DNA of 64,000 bases, from the NCBI GenBank assembly GCA_964367355.1, contig CAYIWY010000001.1:100340-164339 (forward strand), given 5' to 3'. The position numbers were made by a program, and so were the translations under genes. The DNA is from an uncultured Gammaproteobacteria bacterium (GTDB lineage: Bacteria > Patescibacteriota > Microgenomatia > Woykebacterales > RBG-16-39-9b). The notes below the pieces were generated by a model. It worked only from the letters and a program-made list of their open reading frames with translations, made no database searches and had not been told where the DNA came from. Positions 40,649 through 49,217 of the stretch are shown piece by piece (positions within the stretch are counted from its first letter, which is position 1; the number at the start of each line of letters is the position of its first letter).

Positions 40649-41376
40649 TACTTGACACCCCTATTTACGTTGGTTGCAAGCCATTCAAAGATTTTCTGGT
40701 TGTAATCAGCCACTTTCTCCTCGGTTGCATTATCTAGCGAATGTGTAACTCCCTTGACAGGAATAACCTCGGGTTTGAATGCATTTGCGTAGGCATCTGT
40801 TGTTTCCCTTGGTATTTCCTCATCGAGTTCGTGAACAACAAGTAGAACCTTACCTTCAAACTCGGAAGCACGAGCGAGTAATGGATGGTTCTTTAAATCC
40901 TCTACATTGTGCCTAAATGCTTGTGTACCATCCCTGTCTTCATTTTTTATCAGAGTGTAAAACTCTGACGGTTTGTAGATTGCTGGTGCTCGTAAAATGA
41001 GACCATCAAATTTCCGATACTTAGTAAGCTGAGTTGCCAAAAAACCACCATAGCTTGAACCGATTACAAAGAACTTGCGGTTAGGATACTTTTCCTTCAT
41101 CCAATCAAAAACAGTTATTACCTCTAGAAAATGTTGGGCTGGTCTAGTTTCTTCGATGTTAAATGGACTATCGCCGTGTCCAGAATAATCAAAAATTAGA
41201 GATGTAAAGCCAGGTTCTTCGGCCAGTCTTGGTAAAAGATTTTGGTAATGTTTTTTGGTTCGGTGTGATGTTCTGCCAATTAGCGAAAGCAATAAAGCAC
41301 CATTTTTGCTGCCTTCATAAATATCCGCTTTCACCGCGTAACCTTTACATTCGATATCAGTGGTAATTGGCTTCAT
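40648..41376 (-). CDS. Alpha/beta hydrolase (serine hydrolase)
   Basis: GSSYGG nucleophile elbow; HGDS motif. Confidence 0.75.
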   Translation of the reverse strand: MKPITTDIECKGYAVKADIYEGSKNGALLLSLIGRTSHRTKKHYQNLLPRLAEEPGFTSLIFDYSGHGDSPFNIEETRPAQHFLEVITVFDWMKEKYPNRKFFVIGSSYGGFLATQLTKYRKFDGLILRAPAIYKPSEFYTLIKNEDRDGTQAFRHNVEDLKNHPLLARASEFEGKVLLVVHELDEEIPRETTDAYANAFKPEVIPVKGVTHSLDNATEEKVADYNQKIFEWLATNVNRGVK

Positions 41377-41563
41377 TTTGTCTCCAACATAGACTTAATA
41401 GTAACTAATTGATTGTATATTACACCAAAAATGCTGGAATGGCAGCTATTGAGATAAACACAATTTAGTTGACTAATTTACCTTTATACAACAATCAATA
41501 TCAGACGAGCAAATTTGACTTTGGGTACGTACCTGATACAATTAACTTAATTAGTAATTTATA

Positions 41564-41818
41564 TTGTTCTGTCAGTCAAAAGAAGCTATTAATATGGCTA
41601 TTTTAACATCTAATTATGCGACAGCTTGGGGACAAGGAAATACGGTTAAAATTTCAAACGGGAAACCAAAAGGCTTTGAAACAGAGTTTGCAATTCCAGA
41701 ACTTTTTCCAAAGTGGGTCTGGGTACGCTATCACTTACCTTGGGATAAATTTATTCCGTTATATAACGAACAACTATCGAAGCTGGACGTCCACGAAATA
41801 GCCTCAAAGGTTCGATAA
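41564..41818 (+). CDS. Hypothetical small protein
   Basis: ORF only. Confidence 0.25.
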   Translation: MFCQSKEAINMAILTSNYATAWGQGNTVKISNGKPKGFETEFAIPELFPKWVWVRYHLPWDKFIPLYNEQLSKLDVHEIASKVR

Positions 41819-41856
41819 TATTTTAGGGTTAAATGAGTTTCTAAGTTCAAAAACCT

Positions 41857-41931
41857 TGGTCGGGGTGAGAGGAATCGAACCTCCGACATCAGGACCCCCA
41901 GCCCTGCGTTCTACCACTGAACTACACCCCG
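41857..41931 (-). tRNA. tRNA-Pro (anticodon GGG) with an encoded CCA
   Basis: Cloverleaf: acceptor CGGGGTG/CACCCCG, D-arm GTTC/GAAC, anticodon stem CAGGG/TCCTG with loop CTGGGGG, T-arm GGAGG-TTCGATT-CCTCT, then ACCA. Confidence 0.8.
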
Positions 41932-41975
41932 CAATTATTCGATTAGTGAAGTGGGAGGACAAGTCGCAGTCTAGC

Positions 41976-41996
41976 CTACCACTGAACTACACCCCG
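41976..41996 (-). repeat. 21-bp exact direct repeat of the tRNA-Pro 5' end (nt 1-21), a truncated pseudo-tRNA copy
   Basis: ctaccactgaactacaccccg occurs at 41911-41931 and at 41976-41996. Confidence 0.8.
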
Positions 41997-42003
41997 TAAG
42001 TGA

Positions 42004-42417
42004 TTAAATTTTTAAATTCTTTAACAAAGCGATATTCCCAGCTTCTTTTGTTTTTTCGAAATACTTTTCGTCGGCGGTTACAAAAGTATAGTTAAGCAAT
42101 TTAGCAAGTACGTGATAAGAAGCATCGTAAAATGAAACGTTAAAGGTTTTTGCAAAAGTTCCAATTTCGATTAGTTCTGTATGGTTAAAGTTATGCTGTC
42201 GGAATCCGATTTCAAGTAGATAAGGGTAAAGTTCCTCAAAACCGACATTTTTTCTTATCAATGTATTTCCAACCTCAAACAACCAAAAGCTTGGCAAGAC
42301 AATATCAGCTTGACCCTCCTGAAAAAGTTTAAGAATAGCCAAAGCAATTTGTTGATCTTCTTCGTTTTCAACAAGAGTTATCTTGAGTATTACCGAGGCG
42401 TCAATAACGAGTTTCAT
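42004..42417 (-). CDS. vapC: PIN-domain toxin (VapC-like)
   Basis: MKLVIDASVILK ... a PIN acidic residue pattern. Confidence 0.7.
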   Translation of the reverse strand: MKLVIDASVILKITLVENEEDQQIALAILKLFQEGQADIVLPSFWLFEVGNTLIRKNVGFEELYPYLLEIGFRQHNFNHTELIEIGTFAKTFNVSFYDASYHVLAKLLNYTFVTADEKYFEKTKEAGNIALLKNLKI

Positions 42418-42430
42418 CTAGAAGGGGTTA

Positions 42431-42670
42431 CTAGTGACTGTTTCTATCCTCTCTTACCCATTTAACAATAGTTCCAGGAGGTAGAGGCTTCTGACCCTTT
42501 CTAAGTTCCAAGAGTCTTTCGTAAATCCCTTCTTTATTTCGTTCTTGCAAGGCTTTTTCCGTAGCACCTACGACTAAGTTGCTACGACTTCCTACGGGGA
42601 TTCTTCTCAATTTTTCAGCTACTTCTCTGGGGAAGATAATATTTATGCGTTCAAAACTTGATTTTTTCAT
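42431..42670 (-). CDS. Ribbon-helix-helix-type antitoxin (VapB-like)
   Basis: ERINIIFPREVAEKL. It lies upstream of the PIN gene, 14 nt away. Confidence 0.55.
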   Translation of the reverse strand: MKKSSFERINIIFPREVAEKLRRIPVGSRSNLVVGATEKALQERNKEGIYERLLELRKGQKPLPPGTIVKWVREDRNSH

Positions 42671-42885
42671 ACGTTAACAATACATCACTCAATACACACC
42701 GTCAATAGTTACGTGCCTCGAATAATAAAGGGATCCTTCGACTACGATCAGGATGACAAGGTCTATTTAAATGTCTTGCTAGAATAAGGAGTGTTAGTTT
42801 GTTCTATTTAGAGAGCGTTGTATAGTAATTGCTTTTGTGTTACTTTTTAAGTAATTAACTTTTGATCAATTGAAAGGAAAACCAA

Positions 42886-43938
42886 GTGGAAAACCAAAAA
42901 CTAGAAGCTATTAAAGCGGCGATGGGTCAGATCGAAAAGCAGTTTGGTAAAGGCTCGATCATGAAACTGGGTGATTCTGGTAGTAAGATGATCATCGATG
43001 TCATCCCAACCGGAGTTATGGGTTTGGATCTCGCCCTTGGAGTTGGAGGTCTACCAAAGGGTAGAATCATCGAAATTTTTGGTCCCGAGGGTGGTGGAAA
43101 AACTACTTTGGCGCTGCATGTTGTTAAAGAAGCCCAGAAAAAAGGTGGAATTGCGGCTTTTGTTGACGCGGAACATGCTCTTGATCCTTCACGGGCAGCC
43201 AGTATCGGGGTGGATATCAAAGAACTTTTGATTTCTCAACCGGACACCGGGGAGCAGGCTCTCGAAATCGTTGAAACTTTAGTTCGTTCTGGTGCCGTGG
43301 ATGTTGTCGTCATTGACTCAGTCGCCGCTCTTGTCCCAAGAGCTGAGGTGGAAGGGGAAATGGGCGACTCGTTTATTGGTTTGCAAGCGCGGTTGATGAG
43401 TCAGGCAATGCGCAAACTTTCGAGTGCAATTTCCAAATCTCACACCCTTGTAATTTTCATTAACCAACTGCGGGAAAAGGTGGGTGTTATGTTTGGAAAT
43501 CCTGAGGTTACTCCGGGCGGTCGAGCTTTAAAATTTTATTCCTCAGTTAGGCTCGATGTCCGCAGAGTTGAATCGATTACTGAAGGACAAGTTGTTACCG
43601 GTAGTCGAGTTAAAGTGAAAGTTGTTAAAAACAAAGTCGCCCCGCCTTTCCGAACAGTTGAATTTGACATTATGTTTGATAAAGGAATCTCTAGCGAAGG
43701 TTCTCTGCTCGATGCTGCGGTCGAAACCAGTGTGGTTGGAAAATCAGGAGCCTGGTTTCAATACGGCGGTCAAAATATTGCCCAGGGTCGGGAAGCTGCC
43801 AAAATATATTTAACTGAGAATCCCAAAGTTTTCACTGAAATTGAGAAAAAAGTCAAAGACGCTTTTGCCAAGGGTGGCGCTCCAATGGATATGAAAGAAG
43901 CTTCGGAAGATACCGAAGAGGAAGAAAAATCCAAGTAA
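42886..43938 (+). CDS. recA: Recombinase RecA (GTG start)
   Basis: [12 protein letters not shown] Walker A; L2 loop. Confidence 0.95.
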   Translation: MENQKLEAIKAAMGQIEKQFGKGSIMKLGDSGSKMIIDVIPTGVMGLDLALGVGGLPKGRIIEIFGPEGGGKTTLALHVVKEAQKKGGIAAFVDAEHALDPSRAASIGVDIKELLISQPDTGEQALEIVETLVRSGAVDVVVIDSVAALVPRAEVEGEMGDSFIGLQARLMSQAMRKLSSAISKSHTLVIFINQLREKVGVMFGNPEVTPGGRALKFYSSVRLDVRRVESITEGQVVTGSRVKVKVVKNKVAPPFRTVEFDIMFDKGISSEGSLLDAAVETSVVGKSGAWFQYGGQNIAQGREAAKIYLTENPKVFTEIEKKVKDAFAKGGAPMDMKEASEDTEEEEKSK

Positions 43939-44029
43939 AAGAAAAGCCTGAGAATTTGCAATGAATTTAATCATAACAACCGCCCAGGCTTCACGACTGT
44001 GTTATTAGTCCCACTTTTGGGTGGTGAGA

Positions 44030-44305
44030 CTAGATGGGCAGAAATCGTCTGAATATACCCCTCCCTTTCTTTGCTTCCTGATCGACTTTCTTCTTGAGGC
44101 GCATGACCTTGGTGCCAGGTGGAACGAACGCCTCGATTTCAGATCTCCCGTCAAGTGTAACGTACCATCTCCGAAAACCCTTAGTTTCCGAAGCAGTTTT
44201 CACCCCACAAACCAGATCGAGCCAACGGAAGTGGTCGAAGTTTGTTATTTTCTCGACCTCCACCATCACGTCGTCTTCCCATTCTCCCAGATTGAACGGT
44301 TTCAT
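44030..44305 (-). CDS. Hypothetical protein (91 aa) in a locally GC-rich segment of about 50% GC
   Basis: The SD aaggaagg lies 9 nt upstream. It sits between recA and recX on the opposite strand. Confidence 0.4.
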   Translation of the reverse strand: MKPFNLGEWEDDVMVEVEKITNFDHFRWLDLVCGVKTASETKGFRRWYVTLDGRSEIEAFVPPGTKVMRLKKKVDQEAKKGRGIFRRFLPI

Positions 44306-44360
44306 TTGTTTGACCTTCCTTTGAAATAATGCTTGTTCCCCACATTATACCAGATTTTAG

Positions 44361-45038
44361 TTGTATAATCAAGTTATTATGAGTTTAATAAGTGACATCC
44401 AACCCCAAAAGAAAAACCCAAAAAGAGTCAACATTTTTATTGATGGGGATTTTGCTTTTGGTATTTCCCGCGAATCAAAAATTGTTAACCAAATTAAAAT
44501 CGGAGAGACGTTAACAGAGAAAAAAACACAGGAGTTAATTTTTAAAGACCAAGTTGAGCGGCTTTATGAAAAAGCGATTAAATTTCTTTCCTACCGCCCA
44601 AGATCGGAAAAAGAAATCCGCGATAACCTGCTGCAAAAACTTAAACTAACTGATAAAGGCGAGGAGGAAAAGAAGAATTTTCAGAAATCGATAGAACAGG
44701 TTTTAGATAAATTAAGGAAACTAGAACTGGTTAACGATCGGGAGTTTACCATTTGGTGGGTCGAGCAGCGGACTAAATTTAGAAAGTCCTCTCCGCGAAT
44801 AATAAAATCAGAATTATTCAAAAAAGGAATCGATAAAGAAATTATTGAGCAGGTGCTGAACGAGGCGGAAATTGATCCTTTTCAACTGGCACTTGAAGGG
44901 GCCAAAAAGAAACTTTCCCTCTACCGTCGACTGGCACCAAAAGAATTTCGCGAAAAAACGAGTCGATTTCTTGCCTCAAAAGGTTTTGATTGGGAAGTCA
45001 TAAAACGAGTCGTTGACACATTAAGTAAAGAAGAGTAA
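44361..45038 (+). CDS. recX: Recombination regulator RecX
   Basis: RecX three-helix repeats; downstream of recA. Confidence 0.8.
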   Translation: MYNQVIMSLISDIQPQKKNPKRVNIFIDGDFAFGISRESKIVNQIKIGETLTEKKTQELIFKDQVERLYEKAIKFLSYRPRSEKEIRDNLLQKLKLTDKGEEEKKNFQKSIEQVLDKLRKLELVNDREFTIWWVEQRTKFRKSSPRIIKSELFKKGIDKEIIEQVLNEAEIDPFQLALEGAKKKLSLYRRLAPKEFREKTSRFLASKGFDWEVIKRVVDTLSKEE

Positions 45039-45141
45039 AATTGGTGTGAAACTTTTTATTGAAAGTTTCTTGTTCTATCAATCATTTATCGACATTAGAA
45101 AGGTCCCGAACTTTTTTGGGAAAATAAGGTGAATACAATTT

Positions 45142-46647
45142 ATGGATCCAATAATAATAGGAATTATCGCCCTCCTTGTGGGTGGTGTTGGAGTTTATGG
45201 TTACCAGAACGTAATTGTTCCGCGTTTAGCTAAATCTCAAAAAACTAAGGGTAAAGAAGAAAAAGATGAAAAAAGCGAATCTACCGATGCGCGGGAGATA
45301 ATTTTGGATGCGAAAAATGAAGCCCTGAAAATTAAGCGTGAAGCTGAAGAAGAAACTCGCAAAGTTCGCAGCGAAGTTATGCAGCTTGAAGCAAGAATTG
45401 CTGCTAAGGAAGAAAGTCTAGACAAGAGAATCAGCGAAGCTGAAAGAAAGGAAAGTGGAATTAGGGTAAAAGATGAGGAACTCGAAAAAATGCGCACAGA
45501 ACTGGCGGCGAAACTTGAAAAAACTGCCGGTATTACACGTGAAGAAGCCAAAAAATTAATTTTGGACGCAACCGAAAGTAAGCTTAAAGATGAGGTTTCA
45601 CGAAGAATTAAAGAAGCCGAAGATCAGATTAAAAAAGAAGCTGATGAAAAGGCCAAAAATATTTTAGTCGATGCGATGCGGGCCGGAGCCACCGATTATG
45701 TTCCCGAATACACAACTTCGATTGTTCGTTTGCCGGATGAGGATATGAAAGGTCGGATAATCGGTCGAGAAGGACGCAATATCAAGGCTTTTGAAAATGC
45801 GACCGGAGTTGATGTTGATCTTGATGACTCACCTGGGACGATTCGTCTTTCGTGTTTTGACGGTGAGCGTCGGGAAATCGCAAAAATCGCTTTGGAAAAA
45901 TTGATGGCTGATGGACGAATCCAACCAACCAGAATTGAAGAGGTTGTTGAACAATTAAGAAAGGATTTTGTTAAAATCCGCCGTGAAGAAGGTGAAAAAC
46001 TTTGTAGTATGGCGGGAGTTCACAATTTGCCAAATGAGTTGGTCGAAACTCTTGGACGTTTTAAGTGGCGTTATTCTTATGGACAAAGTCTTTTTTTACA
46101 CACACTGGAAGAAACCAAAATTGCCATGGCGATCGCCAGAATGGTTGGAGCTGATGTAAACACTGTCCGACTTGGTTGTCTATTTCACGACATTGGTAAA
46201 GTGTTCACTGGAGAGCAAGAAGGTTCTCATGTCCAGCTGGGAGTTGATTACTTAAAGAAATTCAATATTGATCAAAAAATTATTAACTGTGTTGGTGAGC
46301 ACCACGAAGATAAACCTTTTTCCAGCGTTGAAAGTATCATTGTCTACATTGCTGATGCGATTTCCGGATCTCGTCCTGGTGCTCGTCATGAAGAAGTTGA
46401 AGACTATATAAAACGCGTAACCGAAATTGAAAACGTCGCCAGTTCCTTCAAAGGGGTTGATAAATCTTTTGCCATCTCCGCCGGACGGGAGGTTCGTGTT
46501 ATAGTGTATCCAGAGCAAGTTGACGATGCAACTCTGACGATTCTAGCAAACAATATTGCCGAGAAGATACATGATACCCTTACCTATCCAGGAACTGTTA
46601 AAGTTACAGTAATGCGGGAAACTAGGGCCGAATCGGTTGCAAAATGA
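45142..46647 (+). CDS. rny: Ribonuclease Y
   Basis: N-terminal TM, coiled coil, KH domain (GRIIGREGRNIKAFE), HD domain. Confidence 0.92.
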   Translation: MDPIIIGIIALLVGGVGVYGYQNVIVPRLAKSQKTKGKEEKDEKSESTDAREIILDAKNEALKIKREAEEETRKVRSEVMQLEARIAAKEESLDKRISEAERKESGIRVKDEELEKMRTELAAKLEKTAGITREEAKKLILDATESKLKDEVSRRIKEAEDQIKKEADEKAKNILVDAMRAGATDYVPEYTTSIVRLPDEDMKGRIIGREGRNIKAFENATGVDVDLDDSPGTIRLSCFDGERREIAKIALEKLMADGRIQPTRIEEVVEQLRKDFVKIRREEGEKLCSMAGVHNLPNELVETLGRFKWRYSYGQSLFLHTLEETKIAMAIARMVGADVNTVRLGCLFHDIGKVFTGEQEGSHVQLGVDYLKKFNIDQKIINCVGEHHEDKPFSSVESIIVYIADAISGSRPGARHEEVEDYIKRVTEIENVASSFKGVDKSFAISAGREVRVIVYPEQVDDATLTILANNIAEKIHDTLTYPGTVKVTVMRETRAESVAK

Positions 46648-46686
46648 TTATAAGAAGATTTTAAGCCCGAAGGGCGCAGGATTCGT

Positions 46687-47475
46687 ATGCGAATACTATT
46701 CATCGGAGACATTGTAGCCAAGCAAGGTCGAAAAGCAGTTGCGGCTGTTCTTCCAGACCTGCGTAAAAAAGAAAAAATTGATTTGGTAGTTGGCAACATT
46801 GAAAATTTGTCACATGGAAAAGGTGCAACGAAAGAAAGAGTTGAGGAGTTGAGAGAAATGGGTGTGGACATTTTTACTTCCGGAAATCATATTTGGTTTA
46901 AGCAAGAGTTTATGGAAAGTTTGGATAATGATCCGACTGTCTTACGTCCAGCCAATTATCCAGCGGATAACCCAGGTGTTGGTTTCACAATTACAAAAGT
47001 TTCACGAAAAAAAATATTGGTGATAAATCTGTTAGGTAAGCAATGGATTGATCAGCCGGTTGATGAACCGTATAGAAGTATTGACGCGATTTTAACTGAA
47101 CAAGTCGCCAAGGAAAAACCAGATTTTATTTTGGTCGATTTTCATGCGGAGGCAACCAGTGAAAAAAATGCTATGGCTTGGTTTTTAGATGGCCGTGTCA
47201 CAGCACTGGTCGGAACCCATACTCATATTCCGACTGCTGATCCTTGGGTATTGCCGGGCGGAACTGCGTTTGTAACTGATGTTGGTATGAGTGGTGCTAG
47301 ACACTCTGTTTTAGGTGTAGTTCCGGAAATAGTTATTAAGAAACAAAAAGATACAGGGCCTGCTCGATTTGAATGGGTAGAAACCGGACCCAAAGTTTTC
47401 AACTCAGTTTTAGTGGAAACCGACAAAAAAATGAAAGCCAAATCTATCAAACGAATTGATCGGGTTATTGATTAA
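46687..47475 (+). CDS. ymdB: YmdB-family metallophosphoesterase (2',3'-cyclic-nucleotide phosphodiesterase)
   Basis: MRILFIGDIV ... GNHIW ... a calcineurin-like motif. It follows rny as in Firmicutes. Confidence 0.85.
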   Translation: MRILFIGDIVAKQGRKAVAAVLPDLRKKEKIDLVVGNIENLSHGKGATKERVEELREMGVDIFTSGNHIWFKQEFMESLDNDPTVLRPANYPADNPGVGFTITKVSRKKILVINLLGKQWIDQPVDEPYRSIDAILTEQVAKEKPDFILVDFHAEATSEKNAMAWFLDGRVTALVGTHTHIPTADPWVLPGGTAFVTDVGMSGARHSVLGVVPEIVIKKQKDTGPARFEWVETGPKVFNSVLVETDKKMKAKSIKRIDRVID

Positions 47476-47505
47476 ATTACTTTTTTTACTAAAGGAGGTG
47501 ACAAA

Positions 47506-47526
47506 ATGTTAAAAGTAAGAACCTAG
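47506..47526 (+). other. 6-codon upstream mini-ORF (MLKVRT) with a strong SD. It duplicates the first 12 nt of the hup gene.
   Basis: aaggaggtgacaaaATGTTAAAAGTAAGAACCTAG. hup starts ATGTTAAAAGTAGAT 80 nt downstream. Confidence 0.35.
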
Positions 47527-47585
47527 TTGAAATTTGCTAAAATTATTATTGCAAATTTCTCCTAGAACCTTGCTTTTTATTGACA

Positions 47586-47861
47586 ATGTTAAAAGTAGAT
47601 ATTATTGAAAAAGTTGCAAAAGAAGTTAGATTAACTCGTAAAGCAGCCAAAGAAGCAGTTGATGCTACATTTTCTGCAATTGAGGATTCTTTGCAAAAAG
47701 GAGATAAGGTTGTTATCTCTGGTTTTGGAACATTTATTATTCGTGGCCGCCGCGCTCGAACTGGAAGGAATCCTAAAACTGGACAAAGCCTGCAACTTCC
47801 GCAAATGAATACAATTGGTTTTATTGCTGCGAAAAGTATTAAAAAGAGCGTTCGAAAGTGA
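47586..47861 (+). CDS. hup: DNA-binding protein HU
   Basis: GFGTFIIRGRRARTGRNPKTGQSLQLP arm motif. Confidence 0.9.
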   Translation: MLKVDIIEKVAKEVRLTRKAAKEAVDATFSAIEDSLQKGDKVVISGFGTFIIRGRRARTGRNPKTGQSLQLPQMNTIGFIAAKSIKKSVRK

Positions 47862-47925
47862 CCTAAGGTCATCTCGAGGCTTTTTGCCGAGAGATCTCTC
47901 ACTGAGGTTCGAGACGACAATAAGG

Positions 47926-48228
47926 CTACACTAGGTCGTCTTCGTCTGGTAAAATTGATGGGACATTTTCTTGAGGTTCGTTACTTTCCCGATTTTCATA
48001 TTTTGGTTGTCTTGGGGTAACTTCTCCTTGGTCAGAAAATTTTTGAACTCTTCCAATAACTCCGTTTGCTAAACGAACTTTATGGCCTCTAGGGTGCTCG
48101 GGTCTGGAGGTTAGAACGTCCTTAACAGTTCCTTCAACATAGTCCTCTGTGCCGTAATCTACCTTTTGGATGACAAAAACTTTGTCTCCTGGTTTTGGTT
48201 TTCGACTGCCAACAATATAATCTGCCAT
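47926..48228 (-). CDS. YwbE/DUF2196-family protein with an acidic C-terminal tail
   Basis: GDKVFVIQKVDYGTEDYVEGTVKDVLTSRPEHPRGHKVRLANGVIGRV. Confidence 0.7.
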   Translation of the reverse strand: MADYIVGSRKPKPGDKVFVIQKVDYGTEDYVEGTVKDVLTSRPEHPRGHKVRLANGVIGRVQKFSDQGEVTPRQPKYENRESNEPQENVPSILPDEDDLV

Positions 48229-48342
48229 TTTTGAGTCCCCGAAAAAATATAGATCGCTAAAGCGCTCTGCGCTTGAAGACAATCTTCGACCATAATATAA
48301 TAAAATTCTTAGTTTTTCAAAAACAACTTGCTAGACGATATA

Positions 48343-49170
48343 TTAATCAATAAAGAAAACTTCCCTTTTTCTTTTAAAATCAGTTTGGACGTGTTCGGCT
48401 TGGTCGTTAATTACTTTGTGATATTCGTGGCAATTTTTACAATAACCGATCTCAGCACTGCAGGGAAAATCTTGAAATTTAATTGCATCTCCCATTTTGG
48501 CAGCCTTTTCTTTAACAGTTTCTAAAGTTTTACTAAGGTCAGGAATTTTCATCTCTACTGGTTCGTCGTCTCGATCAAGATACCAATAACTTATCTTGGC
48601 GACTGGTTTTTTTAAAACATGTTTTGCTAAAATTGCATAAATCGGCAGTTGCAGAGACTCCTCACCTTCTTCTTTTCCGGTTTTAAAGTCTAGGATATGC
48701 AAACCTTCGGGTGTTTCTTCGAGCCAATCAAAATTTCCCACCAAAACGACATCATCTTCCCCGACCAAAGGAAACTTAGGAAAATTAACTCGGATTGGAC
48801 TACCTTTAGAAAAATAACTATTTTTCATAAAGCGCTCAAGCATTGCCTCTCCGCGCTCCTTAAATTCTTTTTCTTGAGACTCGTCTTTAAAGCCGCCAAT
48901 TCGTCCTGGTTTCAGATGCCAACCACGTTTATATTCATAAACAAGTCGGTCCAGAGTCCGGTGTTCTGGTTCGTAACGTTGTAGAAAGTTATCAATTGCA
49001 TCATGAACTGCTTCGCCCAGAGAAAGGTAAGGTGAGGCAACCTGCAAACGAAAGTTGTTGCCATATTTTTTGTCACGATAAAGATTGCGCAGGTAGTAAA
49101 GTTGCTTACACTTTTCAAAATCGCCGAGGGAAGTATGTGAAATCCAAATTGTGTTGGGGTTGTAGGCCAT
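48343..49170 (-). CDS. PD-(D/E)xK nuclease, Cas4/RecB-like, with a 4-Cys cluster. It is standalone, with no cas genes nearby.
   Basis: An N-terminal Cys, a DFKTGK motif, a QLPIYAIL motif, and a C-terminal CSAEIGYCKNCHEY motif. Confidence 0.65.
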   Translation of the reverse strand: MAYNPNTIWISHTSLGDFEKCKQLYYLRNLYRDKKYGNNFRLQVASPYLSLGEAVHDAIDNFLQRYEPEHRTLDRLVYEYKRGWHLKPGRIGGFKDESQEKEFKERGEAMLERFMKNSYFSKGSPIRVNFPKFPLVGEDDVVLVGNFDWLEETPEGLHILDFKTGKEEGEESLQLPIYAILAKHVLKKPVAKISYWYLDRDDEPVEMKIPDLSKTLETVKEKAAKMGDAIKFQDFPCSAEIGYCKNCHEYHKVINDQAEHVQTDFKRKREVFFID

Positions 49171-49217
49171 AAACGATAGTTTATCACTTTTAAATTAATT
49201 TATGGTAGACTGGCCTC

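Noticed and set aside
42671-42885. LexA/SOS box upstream of recA
   Set aside because: No CTGT-N8-ACAG or GAAC-N4-GTTC palindrome is present, and no lexA gene lies in the window.
44021-44340. tmRNA, SRP RNA or 6S RNA in the GC-rich segment between recA and recX
   Set aside because: I could find no tRNA-like 3' end, tag reading frame, or SRP domain-IV GNAR/AGCAGC motifs. A well-formed ORF with an SD is present. An Rfam scan would be needed to fully exclude RNA.
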